Source: Vicugna vicugna (taxonomy: Eukaryota). Taken from it: a stretch of 64,000 nucleotides of DNA. The notes beneath the pieces were generated by a model. The model saw nothing but the letters and a program-made list of their open reading frames with translations, was not told the origin of the DNA and made no database searches. The number at the start of each line of letters is the position of its first letter. Positions within the stretch are counted from its first letter, which is position 1. Location: contig MU057560.1 in the NCBI GenBank assembly GCA_013265495.1, positions 1,128,753 through 1,192,752 on the forward strand, read 5' to 3'. Shown here in pieces: positions 24,601 to 38,639 of the stretch. The position numbers and the translations under genes were made by a program.

Positions 24601-25319
24601 AAAAAAAGATTTTCAAAAAATTGAATTGGGCCACCTTTCCATCCAGCATACAGCCGGTTGTCTTTCCAGCAGCGCCGTATCTTTCTGACAGGGTGGTGCA
24701 TTTGGCCACGTTTAGCAGGTATGGATGTCCGCTAACGAGGAGACGGCAGTGAAAGACAATTAAAGAAACGGGATGGCTGCTGAGTGCAGACTCTCAGCAA
24801 GACAATGGGAGAAAAAAACTGCTGCCAAATACCGCCTGTAACCTGTGGGTGCCGGCTCTGAAGATGGGTGGCCTGAGAACCAGGGAGCCAGAATCTCAGA
24901 CAGAAACGGAGTAAAGGGAACCAACATCCCTGAGCACAGACGCAGGAGGAGGCTGAGGAAGCAGAACTGAAAGCAAAGCGCGAACCCCTCTCCTGGGGGC
25001 AGCGTCCTTCCCGACGGGAGGAGTGAATGACGTGAATCACTCTGAAGAATGATTCTGAAGAATGATGCACATTTCAAAGCAAATGCTGCTATCAAATATT
25101 TTCTAAGATTGGGAGAAGCTAAAATGCTATTTTAGCATCCTGATCGTTAGGAAGAGTTCCTCGAAGTAGACAGATGAAAAGAGTGCAAAATACAATATAT
25201 CATAATTTATGCACCAAACATTAGGGCTACTGGGGCCTTTGGTGTAATTTGTGTTGTCCTGAGAGGCTCTGAAGGGACCTTCAGTTAAATAGTTAAATGC
25301 GTGTCAGCCACGTGAACTT

Positions 25320-25458
25320 GTGTGTGGTGTGTATGTATATAAAATACACAGATACACACAGATACACATACATACACTATATATTATATATGGTATATAT
25401 AGTGAATATATATACACAACATATAGTGGATATATATCTATATGTAGAATATATGTAT
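25320..25458. repeat. Low-complexity TA/CA-rich tract
   Basis: Degenerate (TA)/(CA) dinucleotide runs. Confidence 0.75.
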
Positions 25459-28124
25459 TTGTCCCTTAGCCTCTGTATTTTAAATCTTTAAAAATGCATT
25501 AATAACACTTTCCTGGGGTCAACATAGACAAGTGACGTGAAGAGTGCTAACTGATGGTCCCTTCGTGCTAACTTGCCGCGGAAGTTAGGCTGAGAACGTG
25601 GTTAAAGGGCGTGCACAGCGGTGGCCTCCTCCCTAGACACTGTGAGACCCCACAGTCCACCCGGAGACACTGCTCCCTCACTGACCTTGTCCTTTTAATG
25701 TCCACACTCCCTGCCTAAGGCAAAGGCTCACGATCCTGGGGACACGCCATTGTCTTCTAGTCGGAGCCTCAGCTGGAACATGCCGTTACATCCGTGAAGA
25801 ACACCGACTCCCTGTGAGCACCCTCCTGGCTGCAGCCACTTACAGTGTCTCTGCACACCTATGCCATCTAATCACAGGAGGTACCTTTCTCCAGAACTCC
25901 AGGGTCAAGAGAAAGGGTCTTTCTGGACTGCCCTTTCCTGAGCACAAGACACGTGTTACACAGATAAGCAAAATTGTCTCTTTCTCTCTTTTTTGTCCCT
26001 AGAACGAGAATAGCTTACTTAGACAGAGTGAGACCTAGTCCTGCCACAGAATGAGAGAAGAGCAGTGACGTCAGCCTAAAGTCTCAAACTGCAGAAGCTG
26101 ACCTGGGAGGGAGTTTGGTGCCCCGAGACCCCTCCCGCCCTGGAAATACTACGGAGCTGATTCAGACCCCAGCTGTGGTTTAAATCTGGCCCTTGTGAGA
26201 AGCGGCACTTGAGTGACCAGACGGGGCTGGTTCTGCAGAGGCTCAAGGGGGCAGGAGGACAGGTATACAGGAGGCGACAATTTGGCAGGACAGTCAGCCT
26301 GGGGAGGCCGGATGCATCCAGGAAAGTCAAGCTACACAAGAGGCAACCCTGATTTTCTCAGGGTGATTGCTTGACGCCTTCTGCATGGACTTAAGGAGGA
26401 CTAACTAAATTGAAGCCGGAGTGAGGGGCATTTGTGGTGGCGGTGGTGGCATGAGCCCCCACCTAGGGCTCCGTCCAAGCACCACACCCTCAGGGAGGCC
26501 CTCCCGATGCGCTGTCCTGGAATGGAAAATAAGCACCTGCTTCCATTATTTTAGAGCAGTTATTTTAGGTACATTTCACCCAAACTCTTACTTATGTTCA
26601 TTATATTATAAATTCTCCAAGAACAGTAATTACGTTGACCTTGATTGAATTTGCAGCCCTAACATGTAACACAGCAACTGCACACCGGAGTGGGAGGGGA
26701 TGCTCCTTGCACGTGAGGACACCACAGTGACCAGCTCCGCGTACCGCGTGGCCATCACCGCGCCCCTTCGTAGGGCCGGGGGTGGGAGGCAGCTCAGTGC
26801 AGCGCCGCTGCGCCCTCTGCTTGGTGTCCTCTCCTGGGTGTGAGTGTTTAAGACACTCCTCTTCTGAGCCCAGGGTGCATCAAACACAAGATATTTCATA
26901 CGCAAAGTTTCCTCTGGTGTAATCAGTACAATTTCTTAATGAAAATAATACATAATTAGTTGGGACAGATGTTTTTATGAATCTGTAGTCTAAACAAGAT
27001 TGCTTGTAAAGGTGGAGAATTGTTTTCTACCTCATTTCCTTATAAAATAGTGGCTATCAGGTAAATTGTAGATAATTAAAATAAATAAGTTGTTTACAAT
27101 GAAATCTTTAAAAGCTGCCACTAATTTCCATTTTAAACAAAATGAGATTGGAAAACCTCAGTTTGACTACTTAATGTGGGTTATAAAATGTATAGACTAC
27201 GGATGGAGATTATCGAAAGAAGCGCACGTTCTTTTGTGTTTACGTGAACCCGTGAGGCATGCTGGAACACAGTCTAATTCGTAGACGTTCAGTAGTAGTC
27301 GGTTTCCATCCTTTCACTTCTGACTTCAGCTGAGCATCCAAAAGCGTGCCCCTTAGAAGTGTTCTCGGAATTCTCGTTAGCAGACCAAAACTTAAATCAA
27401 TGAAGAAAATCAAGTGCCGTATTCGATGGTTCATTTTGTTTTTTGAAAACAGCTTTTCAGGAGCCGTCTAAGTGTATAGCAAGCGATGAGGTTACTATGG
27501 GGATTACACGCTGGTGATTTTTACACTAGAGAAAGTACGCACGTGCATTTCCATCTCGCAGTTCCCTCCTCCACTTCCAAGAGAAAGACTTCCATATTGT
27601 AAGCAGTTGTTTTTAACTTGCACCAGCACTTTTGGGAAGAAGCTTGGGGCAGATGAGCTCTGTGGCTCGTTCTAACTCCATGGCACTCTGGCGTATTTTC
27701 TAAAGGTTTCTGAAACAAGAGCAAAACATTTCAAAGCAAACCCTGGGAGTAGCCTAAGAGATACATAAACGGTTGCGTCCCACGGTCCCTTTCAAACATA
27801 CCCTCTAGTGCGTTTGTGAAGAAAATGTGTAAGAGACCACGACAGAATACAGAAAGTGTCTGGCCTTTGCATTTATCATGCTCTGGACACAAATCCCTCC
27901 TGATCGGTGTGCCCAACAACAAAAACGCCACCCGCAGAAGCCACGTTAATCACAGGACACGGACGGCTCCCCTTTCGTCCGCCGAATTCTCCCTCGCAGC
28001 CTGTGTGTGACGCTTACTGAAGTCAACGAGGGGCGTTTCTGTGGAGTGTTTCTCTCCTGCTGGGTCTTACCCTACAGTCCAACAAACTAACTCCACTCAC
28101 AGTAACTGACCCTCCTCTAGACAT

Positions 28125-28490
28125 AAGAAAGAAAGTAGACCTTGTTCTTGAAGAATTCGCAGAATTCTCAGAGGACAGCGTGGAAACACACAAAAAAACA
28201 CTAGAATACAGGGTCTGCATTCATCAGGTGACAGATGCAAAGGCGGATGGAGAGTGGAGGGAAGGGACAGAGGGGAAGGGTCTGAGCTTGTTCTGAACGA
28301 CGAGCTGCAAAAATACCACGCGGACGATGAGGGAGCGGATTTCGGGGGGTGGGAGAGCCCGTGCAAGGCCACGGTGGCAGAAAGTTCTGGAAGAGTACGA
28401 GCATCGTGAACCTGCGTGGAGCCAAGAGGGCGTGTCAGGATCGCCCTCACAATGTGTGAGATGAGACAGGGCGTTCTGAGGGCGATTGTC
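28125..28490 (-). mobile_element. L2 fragment
   Basis: 'agtagaccttgttcttgaagaattcgcagaattc...tctgagcttgttctgaacgacgag...gtgcaaggccacggtggcagaaag'. Confidence 0.55.
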
Positions 28491-29139
28491 CAACGCATGA
28501 GCCATCTACCTGGTTAGCACACATTTATCAAGAGATTTTTGCCCCCTCGCCCTCCCAGCGCTTTTCCAGTTTAATCCGTGAAGTTACTTGCAGGCTGAGT
28601 GCAGGCGCGACCCAGCTGGCCCTCAGGGGACCAGGGGATTTCACGTCACACCTTGGATGCACTTTCCCTTTCCTCTGTGGTTCTTAACCTGCTTGCCCCC
28701 CACCCAAAGTGCCACACCCCGCTTGCCTGTCATTACACTGTGATCTGTGAATCAGCCACCGTCAACATGACCAAGACCATCTCTTCCCTCGAGTGTAAAT
28801 ATTGCATAATCAATAAAACTGATCATCTGAAAGCATTTTGTAGACAGTGCATTCACAAATGAGAAGAAACAGCAAAAGGGAGCATTTTATATCTATTCAA
28901 TGAACCACTTAAAGGTTTATCATTCTTGTCTTGTAAGAATACGTTAATGGTTGAGGTTTTTTATTTATTAAAGAAAAGACAATGGAAAAAGGGAATGAAG
29001 ACCTATTCTTAATTCAAAAGTAATGAACAACAAGGCAGTATTTTACAAGAATATTAATGTTCATGAAGACGACCATGAAGCAGGTAATTATGCACACAAA
29101 ATCTCACTTTGCAATGCATACACAGCAAGTAAAAGTGCA

Positions 29140-29475
29140 TAGTGAAGGTACTTCTTAAAATCATTATTCATCCCTGTAACCTATCCCCTTACATCTCGTT
29201 CAGAGAAAAGTTGAGGAATTTTATTCGTGTTACTCAGGTAACAGGTGAAATGGGAAAGCGGGTATTTGATATAATGGGGTCCACACACGAGACGCTCAGT
29301 GCGTACCATGGAGACACGGTGACCTAGTGGGAGGAGGGGCCTTGGGAACCGGCGGTCAAGGGTTCCATGTTGGCTTTACCCCTTACTTTCTGTTTACAAT
29401 TTTAAAAAGTCTTTAACCTCTTCAGGCCTTAATTTCCTTGCATTTATAATTAATTTCACTCTACCACGCTCAGAG
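29140..29475. mobile_element. Two MIR fragments in opposite orientations
   Basis: Minus MIR ('gttcagagaaaagttgaggaattttattcgtgttactcagg') then plus MIR ('aagtctttaacctcttcaggccttaatttccttgcattt'). Confidence 0.5.
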
Positions 29476-30281
29476 TATGGGCTCGTGAACTGGCTCTCAT
29501 GAATGGATAAGTATTAATCAGCTTCCTCAATCTTTTGTTCTTGTGTCCTCAGTGTATGTGATCATTAAGTGTCTGGCGCAGCACATTCAGAAAACAAAAG
29601 GTTTTAGAAGCAGATACTTCTTAATCACGTGTGTGTGTTCCTCTGAGTCACAGACTGTTCTCCGCTTATTGGAGATCAAGTTCCTGGTGAGGACTGATGA
29701 GCAGGAGTACGCTCCCCACACCCAGGAGAGCTATGGAGCAGGAACTGCGCACCTGCATCGCCCAGTAGGAGATGAGAAAGAGCAGAGGCTCCTCCTCCTT
29801 AAGCTTGGAGCTTATGTACAAATCTTACATATTTCCAAATCCGAGTTTACACGGATCTTACGTATGTCCAAAGGTCTACTCAAGTACAAAGCCAAGTTTG
29901 AAGGTTACGTATAAATCCCAGAGCCTCCGACTCAGCTGCACGTGGGCATCACTTCTTTTGCAGAGGCCGCGTGGGTCTCAGCTGTCCCTGCAGCGCCCAG
30001 AGACACGTCTGTATAAATTATTTTTATTAAGGAGGTTAATAAAATTACAGAACTTTAAAACTTGACATTAAGTCAAAACCCCTACAGGTCAACATCCCCT
30101 CACCATGGATTCACAGACAGATGAAGTTTATCTCCTCTTTTCCTTTTTTGGACACATAACGCTGTGGGGCTCTCTTCACCCCTTCCCTTTTTTGTCCCTT
30201 TCTTCTTCCAGGGATCTGAGTGGAGAATTCAAATACGTTAGTGTAACACAGGATGCTCTATGTTAAGAATAAGGACCTCGC

Positions 30282-30409
30282 GGGGAGGGTCTAGCTTAGA
30301 GGTAGAGCACGTGCTTAGCATGCCCGGGGTCCTGGGTTCCGTCCCCAGCACCTCCACTAACAATAAAATAAATTTAAAAAATTGTTTTTTGAAGAGTTAA
30401 AAAATAAAA
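30282..30409 (+). mobile_element. tRNA-derived camelid SINE (Vic-1-like) with TSD
   Basis: 'ggggagggtctagcttagaggtagagcacgtgcttagcatgcccggggtcctgggttccgtccccagcacctcc' with A/B-box-like motifs and A-rich tail; TSD aagaataaggacctcg (30265-30280) / aagaataaagagctcg (30410-30425). Confidence 0.92.
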
Positions 30410-31237
30410 AAGAATAAAGAGCTCGACCAGGTCCCTCATTTCAGGGTGGAGCACGTGGAAGCTTCCGGAGGGAGCGGCTTACCCCTGCCAGGGGCTGTAC
30501 ACTGGGGTCCTGGCACCTGCGTCAGCCCCTCTGCTGCGGCACCTGCCCTTCCCCTGTCTGCCTGGCACCTCCCGACACGCCCCCTCCCCAGGCAGACTGT
30601 GGGGTTTCTATGTTTTTATTTCCCTAATCGCTATCAAAATACACAGGCTTGATTCAGACATGGCCTCTCTCTAGGCAATTAGCTAATGAATAGAAAAAAA
30701 AATATTCCTTCATTAGATTTAACAATAGTCCATTTTCAAGTTCAGCCTGATCCAGCTGTGTGGAAAAACAGAAGTAGCTCTGGTGAAGCGGTTTGGAGAC
30801 CTTGTCCTGCTTGGCAGCCCCTTCTCTGTGTGATCTCAGGGAAATAATTCACTCTAAATGGTCATTACTTTTGACATTAGTGAAACAGGGGTTTAAATGA
30901 TCTCCAAAATTCACCCCACAGTAAATTCTACAGTTTTTATTTTCAGATCCATAGTTGATAAGTATTCACTTTTCTTTCTAAAAATATTATTTATGAAATA
31001 TTTCAATATATAGAAGAAAATATTCTCTTCCACTTGGGGTCAATTTCTTTCTTGATGAAATACATTCTTTAATAGTTCTTTCTTACATGCAAGAATAATT
31101 AGACTCCAATGCTGAGATATCTGCAGGTTCACACAGGCTATAAGATAATATGGAGATCCCGTCCACCTTCTCCAGCACAGGCCCTACCCTGGGAGGCAGT
31201 GCTGAGTTTTCCCCATGAATGCCGAGCACAAGAAAAC

Positions 31238-31990
31238 AGACCTACCATATGATCCAGCAATCCCACTCTTTGGCATATACCCAGAGGGAACCTTAATTCA
31301 AAAAGATGCCTGCACTCCAATGTTCATAGCCGCACTGTTTACAACAACGAAGACATAGAAACAACCTAAATGTCCATCGACAGATGACTAGATAAAGAAG
31401 ATATGCTATATTTATACAATGGACTACTACTCAGCTATAAAAAAGAATGAAATAATGCCATTTGCAGCAACATGGATGGACCTAGGGATTGTCATTCTAA
31501 GTGAAGTAAGCCAGTAAGAGAAAGAAAAATACCATATGAGATCACCTATATGTGGAATCTAAAAAAAAAAAANNNNNNNNNNNNNNNNNNNNNNNNNNNN
31601 NNNNNNNNNNNNNNNNNNNNNNNNNNNNNNNNNNNNNAACTAAAAAAAAAAAAAAAAGACAAATGGACTTATTTACAAAACAGAAACAGATTCAAAGACA
31701 TAGAAAACAGATTTATGGTTACTGGGGGAAAGGGAGTGGGAAGGGATAAATTGAGAGTTGGAGATTTACAGATACTAACTACTGTATATAAAATAAATAA
31801 ACAACAAGTTTTCTTCTGTAGAGCACAGGGAACTATATTCAATATCTTGTAGTGACCTATTATGAAAAGGAATATGAAAATGATTATATGTATGCATATG
31901 TATGACTGAACTATTATGCTGGACACCAGAAATTGACACAACATTGTAAACTGACTATATCTTAATAAGAAATAAAATAAAACAAAATAC
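31238..31990 (+). mobile_element. Younger lineage-specific L1, ORF2 C-terminus and 3' UTR (5'-truncated, inactivated)
   Basis: Translates as DLPYDPAIPLFGIYP...CTPMFIAALF...KQPKCPS...[24 protein letters not shown]...ILSEVSQ with in-frame stops; 3' UTR and A-rich tail follow. Confidence 0.95.
31573..31637. other. Assembly gap (65 N) inside the L1 A-rich tract
   Basis: N run flanked by poly-A on both sides. Confidence 0.99.
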
Positions 31991-32099
31991 ACACACACAT
32001 ACACAAATGACACAGGCTTGTTGTAAAGCCTGAATGGCATCAACTCTTGTGAGTGACACAGCACAACCGGTGTGACATTGCTGCCTTAAGCATGGTCAT

Positions 32100-32620
32100 T
32101 CACATGGTCATTCTACACCCTGAACACCCAAGTACAGAGATGTAGAAGGTTGTGCCTGACTCCACATTTGAAAGGCTGAGATGGCGAAAGTGACTGACAA
32201 CAGACCCAGAGGGACACGGAGGATGTTAACACAAGACAAGAGAGGGATTCAGGGATGCCTCCTTGCAGAAGGTAACCAGAGCTGAGACTCAGTGATGCAG
32301 AGATGGGAGGGGAGTTCTAGGTAGAGTGATAAAACATTGAAAAATTAATAGATGTGGTTAAGGTCAACTGAAGAGTGAGGATAAGAGAACGTGCTGTCTG
32401 CGGCCACAGCCGCCAGGGTCCTTGAATCCTGAAGGTCCAGAGAGGCAGTTGTACTTCCCAGGTCTGTGAGAAGTCAGTGCCGAGTTCCCGTGCTTCAGTC
32501 TGCAGGACGCTGGGTAAGAAGATGTTTATGTTTGGCTCTGCTTCTACTTCCTTTTCTCTTTCTTCACCCAAGTGTTTGTGTCTTAAGAGGGGAGCCTTGG
32601 AGGCTCGAAAGCTTCATTCC
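32100..32620 (-). mobile_element. L2 fragments
   Basis: 'ttcagggatgcctccttgcagaaggtaaccagagctgagact' and 'tttgtgtcttaagaggggagccttggaggc'. Confidence 0.5.
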
Positions 32621-33185
32621 AAGTCCCATGAAAGTCAGCGAGAGGGAAACGGAGTCAGTGCTCGGTGACGTTGCTCCTGCCACGTGGTCTCATCTCATCC
32701 ATGGGCAATGTGGTGCTGCTCCTTTAAAACGATAAGTCAAAAGGATGCAGCAGTCAGCGACGCTTAGCCCTAAAGAGTCCTTCAGGAGCGCCTTGGAAGC
32801 AGTATCAATCTCCCACCAACCATGTCAACCTGGCATATATACACATATGGCAGAGATATAATTACACAGACACGTGTATCCCAATCTATTGTAATTAATC
32901 CCAAGATGCTTGGTTTTTAGTGCAACTCATAAGGAAAACATGCTGATGAGCACCTTTGCTGACGTTGATGGCCTTCTGGAGACTCTGCCATCACGAGCCC
33001 AGGCCCAGCCCCGAGCTCCTGGTCCCCTCCCCACGTCGTGGACTGTCTTCTCAGTGACAAAGCCCTTCAGGGTTTCCTGTCCACACTGCCATTTCCGTTC
33101 CTTCCTAACAGGTAACCTGGCTCCAATTCCAAGAAGGGGATGTATTTGTACATCTGCGTGGAAGAGGGTGCAATTCCAAGCAAGG

Positions 33186-33272
33186 ATACATGTCTATGCA
33201 TTTATGCATATATATATTTTGTATGTATGTATGTGTATATACATATATTATATATATGTGTGTATATATATG
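33186..33272. repeat. Degenerate TA/TG microsatellite
   Basis: 'tatatatattttgtatgtatgtatgtgtatatacatatattatatatatgtgtgtatatata'. Confidence 0.8.
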
Positions 33273-34378
33273 GAATGGAATGAAATTCATTTATTTTTGT
33301 CATTTAAACCCTTCAGTAGCTATGATCTAGCATTGTCCTTGAATCGGTAAATCTCAAAACAAAAAAAACTAGACATCTAAACTCACTAAGAGTCAAACAG
33401 CACACACGAGAGCACAGTGGCCCGGGGAGAAATCGGAACCACTTACGTCTTCCTGCTAGACAGCACGCTTTTTAAAGGGAGCAGAAGACAATAGTTCAAG
33501 CGTTTCCTCTCCCGGCCCGCGCACGTGGCGTAGGCAGCGCCGAGCATGGTCACAGCCGACCGAGTCCGTGACACAGAGGCCGCGCACCTGCTCAGCACTT
33601 AGAATTATGTCTACGTGGAAACCACAAGTAAAGGTAACGAACCGTGCAGTTAGGAGCAGCCCAGGATCCGGTTTTAAAGCAAAGGTCCTACAGTAATGCT
33701 TTCACTGCCCTGCTGTATGTTTTTAAAATTTGTATTTCATTATGTTGCTGTTGTAATTATGGGGAGCTTTAAACTGCCTGGGATGTTTGCAAAGACCGTG
33801 ATTTATTACCCCTGGTCGCATTCCGAGCAGCACTGTCTTGCTCTCGTCAAGAGGAACAAGGAGGGAACCGGTGAAGCACGGAAGTGCCTGGTGGCGCGGC
33901 TGGCGCGGCAGGGGGACGGCAAGCCTCCGTCCCTCTCAATCTCCACCGTTTATGCGTCTCAAGCTCAGAGAGAGGCGCCGTCGCTGGAGGGAAGATAGCA
34001 TGTGCCGCGCCTCTCCTTCCCAGGAGGATGGTCTCGGCTGACCTCAGAGCGCTAGTCCACTAGAAACTGATTCATTTTACCTTTATTCACAAAACATGAG
34101 TGGAATTCACTGGTCTTTGAGCTCAAATTAGACATGAGTGATTCTTTGCTGATAATAAAGTCCTCTGTCTGTGTTTAGTAGACAGAGACCAGCAGTGGGC
34201 TTCTGCCTGAGCTGCATGTGCTCCTCTTAATGGAACTTGACTTTGAGCATTTTGACTTTTCTCAGATTGCCTAGACTTAAATATACACATTAAATATACA
34301 CACAATATATAACAAATATGTATTTATAAATATTTAAATGGCATTTATATATGTGTGTGTATATATACATATGCATGT

Positions 34379-34404
<26 letters not shown>
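34379..34404. repeat. (AC)13 microsatellite in a TA-rich tract
   Basis: Perfect AC run. Confidence 0.95.
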
Positions 34405-34415
<11 letters not shown>

Positions 34416-34473
34416 TCAGTACGTCAAACACCAACCACCTCTCACAAGGTCACTGGCATCCAAAGACCGTCAG

Positions 34474-34642
34474 CAGTGCTCCTCAGCTTTGGTGTCACCA
34501 AAGAATCATTCGGAGCTGTTAACGTGCTCGGTCCACACCCTAGAAGGTTTACATCAGAATCTCCGGGGGCGGCGCCAGGTACCAGTATTTTTGAAGTTTT
34601 CTACCTTCTTCCAAGTGCACTCAAAGCTGAAAATGACCACTG
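34474..34642. mobile_element. MER5-family (hAT-Charlie) element
   Basis: Termini cagtgctcctca / gaccactg; internal 'catcagaatctccggggg...ccagtattttt'. Confidence 0.75.
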
Positions 34643-34739
34643 CCTGAAGTAACTCTGGAGTACACTTAGTTGAACTTAAGATAAAACTACTACCTTAATT
34701 AAGAAATCTGAGTACATTTTAAAGCAGCGTGGTAAATAT

Positions 34740-35030
34740 TAGTAATAATGATGGTGATCGTGATGCAGGTGGGGTGATCGCTATTCAGGGGTAACTGTTT
34801 CTGTTGTCCAAGGACCCGGAGAGCTCTTTGCATGTGTCCTATTACTGACATCCCACGGTAACCATACACGACAGGAATTTTCTCTGTCTTCATTTCATAG
34901 TCGAGGGATCTTGGACGCAGGAAGTGTGGGTACTTTCCCAAGGTTACCTTTGTATTTAGGGGTAAAGCTGGGCTGGGATTTAGTTCCAGGTCTGTCTCAC
35001 TCTAGAGTCACAGAACTTGACCATTGAGTT
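34740..35030 (-). mobile_element. MIR
   Basis: 'ctcatttcatagtcgagggatcttggacgcaggaagtgtgggtactttcccaaggttac...gggatttagttccaggtctgtctcactctagag'. Confidence 0.75.
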
Positions 35031-35263
35031 TCTGCTTATTAAAAAACCTGCAGGCTACCATCCCATCTTCACTCGATTTGGTGAATTTATCTGACCTACG
35101 ACAGCATTACTTTCATCATTACTCATAGTGGAAGGGTATCCAGTGATTCCAAACACACCACACTGACCTTTATTCCCAACTTTTTCTGATATCAACACAG
35201 ACATTATATATTCCAGAAACAGACACTATTCTCCCAATATATAACTGTTTCATTCTTTCCTTA

Positions 35264-35287
35264 ACACACACACACACACACACACAC
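35264..35287. repeat. (AC)12 microsatellite
   Basis: Perfect AC run. Confidence 0.95.
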
Positions 35288-35949
35288 AAAGACTTATGAA
35301 TAAATTTAAAACACTTGCTTTGTGCCAAATACTTTGCTATATTCAGACACAGAATCTGATTTTAATTTTTTCCTGAAGTGAGGTACACTGTCTTTAAAAC
35401 ATACAATTACAAAATATTACACATACAATGAAAGCAAATACAGAAATGTTATAGAGTTGTATGATTAAGATGTCTGGGCGACTTTGGAACTATGAAAAGT
35501 CAACATTTTTTTAATTAAAAAGAAAAAAATCTCAAAAAATATTAAAAAATGGAAATAAATGTAAAGTATATCAAATAGAAGGCAGAGACACAAAGAATTA
35601 TTAAGTGATGTCCAATGGCAAAAATAAATATAAATAAATCTTACATTGTACTTTTAGTCTGTAATAATTTCATGTCATACTTGTTCTATAAATAATGTCA
35701 GTCTTGCTATACAGCTGTTTTACAATTTAGAAACTATTTTATATATGCACAATAGTTTAAATAGGATAAAGAAAATGCACACCTGTGTCAACATTATTAG
35801 GAAATAAGATTTCTATAAGAGAAAATAAATCCAAAAATAAAGTTTAAAAATTTTAATAAAAATCAAATCACATGATCTTTGCATGGATTGCTAAATAATT
35901 TATGAACTCATTCCTTTTTTTTTAAGAAACGTACACTGAAGCAATGACA

Positions 35950-37285
35950 AGGCAGTACTATTTAACACAGCTACCACCTGTGGCTTCTAAACACCATTTC
36001 CCACTAAAAGAACCAGGGGCCTTGGGGAAGGTGGCTGACTCCTGGCTGAAGAAGAAAATGTGCTCAATTGAATTGTATGAGAGTGCCCCTTTGTGGGTTA
36101 AAAGTGGTTGAGTATTGACACTTTCAAAGGGTTCACTTAACACAGAATGAGCCTGGGACACTGGGTCATGTAGAAAAGCAAAGAAGTTATAACAGATTAG
36201 CAGGAGCCTGCATCCATCACAGACAGCTGGAAGACCTGGGTCCCGCTGGTTCACGATGAGAAAATTGGAGCAGCCAAGAGAATGACGGTTCAGTGGATTG
36301 AGCTACGTCATACAAATAATGAACACATGCATCCATTAATTCACAGCAGAAATACTTTTTACAAGGTAGCACCATCATTGCTTAACTCTGGAGGCATCCA
36401 AGACCGCCATTCATTATTCTAAATATTGATAATAAAAGAAAATACAAACATTTAATATTAAATTTGTTATAGAAAAGATTATATGCATGTAGGAGAAGTT
36501 TTAGAACACAGAAATCACTGTTTTGTCTCCCCTAATGAAGGAGCAGATGCAGAAGCATCCGTGCCTGGCAAAACCCCCTTGGGAAGACAGGCTGCCCAGT
36601 GAATGGGTCAGACTGACAGCATCTAAAGGCGAACTGTCATAAACGCGACCTGCTTAAACGTGGAACAGGTAGCTTCCACCCAGAATGATACACGAGGAGA
36701 TGCTTGACAGCCTACTTCAAGTACTCTTACTAACCATAAAGAAGGAGGCTTTAATCAAACCTCCAGACCTAACAGGAAATATTAACCAGAATCGGGCTAA
36801 GGGAGCGTAGCAAACAACACAAGGAGCAGTGAGCCAGAATCCAGGCTGTGGCACGTTCCACCATTTCTTCAAAAAATGAGACGTCTGGGAAAACATGCGG
36901 CCATAGGTGAGACTCAGGGGCGTAGGCTGAAGGAGACAAGTTTCAAATCAACCAATTTTGGTGTGAGGATCTCATCATTCTCCTCATCTGAACAAACCAA
37001 TTTGACAAAATCCAGGACAATTGATGACACCCTGGGAAATGGCTGGCGTAAAGTGACTGTAGTCAGGTTAATCATGGAAAAAGGAATTGTATTTTGTGGG
37101 ATGTATGTTGAAGTGTGACAGATGTCTGAATGTGTCTTGAAATATTCCAGCCAAAATAATAAATAAATAAAAGCAACATGTACATGAAAGGGAGCGGGCA
37201 AGAGTCAAAAAGGGCAAAGACGGATGAGGGTTGAAGCTCTATGTTGGTATGCTTCAATGTTTCCATAAATAAACAGCTTTTTAAA
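35950..37285 (+). mobile_element. L1MC4/L1MC5-type long 3' UTR
   Basis: Diagnostic 'ttctaaacaccatttcccactaaaagaaccaggggccttggggaaggtggctgactcc' and 'taatcaaacctccagacctaac'; ends 'aatgtttccataaataaa'. Confidence 0.8.
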
Positions 37286-37554
37286 TATTTTAAAATATCA
37301 GAAAGCATGCGGTCCAACGAGATGACATCATGGAGAATTTTATAGGATCCACAGGAGCTTCACTGCTTCTTGGGAGAAGAACTCCAGCAATGAGAACTCC
37401 TGAGAAAGCCACGAGTGTGTGAAATTACACGGCATGGTCCGCTGACCAACAGCATTTAAGTAAAACAGGAACGTCCACTGACGGGCTGAGGATGGCAGGG
37501 GAAGGAGTTGGATCATTAACAGACAGAGAAGCAGAGCCATAAAATGGAAAGGGA

Positions 37555-37770
37555 GACACTCAGTGGGGCTGGAGTCCTGGCCGGCCTGGCACACTTTATC
37601 TGCATCTCTTCGGGCCAGTGCCTTCACCTCCCTCAGCCTCAAGTTTATCACTTGGGAAATGGAGTAGGACATACTTACCGCTCAGCGTCATCGGCGTGAC
37701 CAAAGGGCAGCATGTGTGAGAACTGGGTTTCAGACTCCACAGCAACAGGTGTGTGCTAGTTTCTGTCACC
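37555..37770 (+). mobile_element. MIR
   Basis: 'gggccagtgccttcacctccctcagcctcaagtttatcacttgggaaatggagta'. Confidence 0.75.
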
Positions 37771-38639
37771 ATCACGGTCGGCTGGGTGCCGTGCACACAC
37801 GTAAAACTCTGCATCCGGAAATGGCTCCTGATGTTAGCTGGCATCTTAACTTCATGTCGGTTTCTTTGTTGTTGTTCTTAAATCACGTAGATGTCACTTC
37901 CGAATGCACTTCGGTGAATTATAATCATGAAACTGGAATGACTAAATAATTTTACTTTTTTTCCTTCACTAAATACCAAGCACAGAAGTACGTCATATAA
38001 CTGAGCCTGTTCTGGGATTGAAAAACAAATTTACTACAAATCAAACTTCTCCATTGCTCCCTGAAAAGGGTTAATTTAATATTTAATAACTTTATTAAAA
38101 AACAAATTGTAATTAATTTATAAAACTGTTCATATTGGATTTTCACATTATATATTCTTCTTGTTACAAAAGGTTATGGGGAACATATAGAAAACAATTG
38201 AAGGGAAAATTAAGGAGAAAATTAAATTCCTTTACCATTGACTTTTATTATTTTTACACTAAACTGCCTTGTAACCCTTTATGACGCATACACTTGTGTG
38301 GGTGTGGATGAGGGCAGCCTTGGTTTGGTCATGGCTCAGGGACCCCGGTCAGTGCTGGCACCCCGCGCTGGTGGCTGCCAGAAGGCCGATCTCTAGTTTC
38401 CCAGCAGAGCCATCTCTGGCTCATTTACAGTCCCATTGATTCAACCTCCCCTATTCTTTTCACGAGTCATATAATCATGATAATGAACCGGGAAGTGGCT
38501 GTTTGAGAAATGCACACTAGACAGAACCGATTTGCCGCGCTCTGTTACATGAAAGGGTGAAAATAAAAACAAAGTTGCCCACGATGGCACGAAGCCCTCT
38601 GAAGAATTTAGGAGAGCGGACGGTCACACAGCAGACTTA

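Noticed and set aside
26337..26373. Short hairpin accctga/tcagggt
   Set aside because: 7-bp perfect stem, too short for a pre-miRNA and expected by chance
29543..29914. 123-aa ORF with protein-like composition
   Set aside because: No recognisable family, no convincing splice sites, non-ATG start
30282..30355. tRNA-like sequence
   Set aside because: Head of a tRNA-derived SINE with A-tail and TSD, not a tRNA gene
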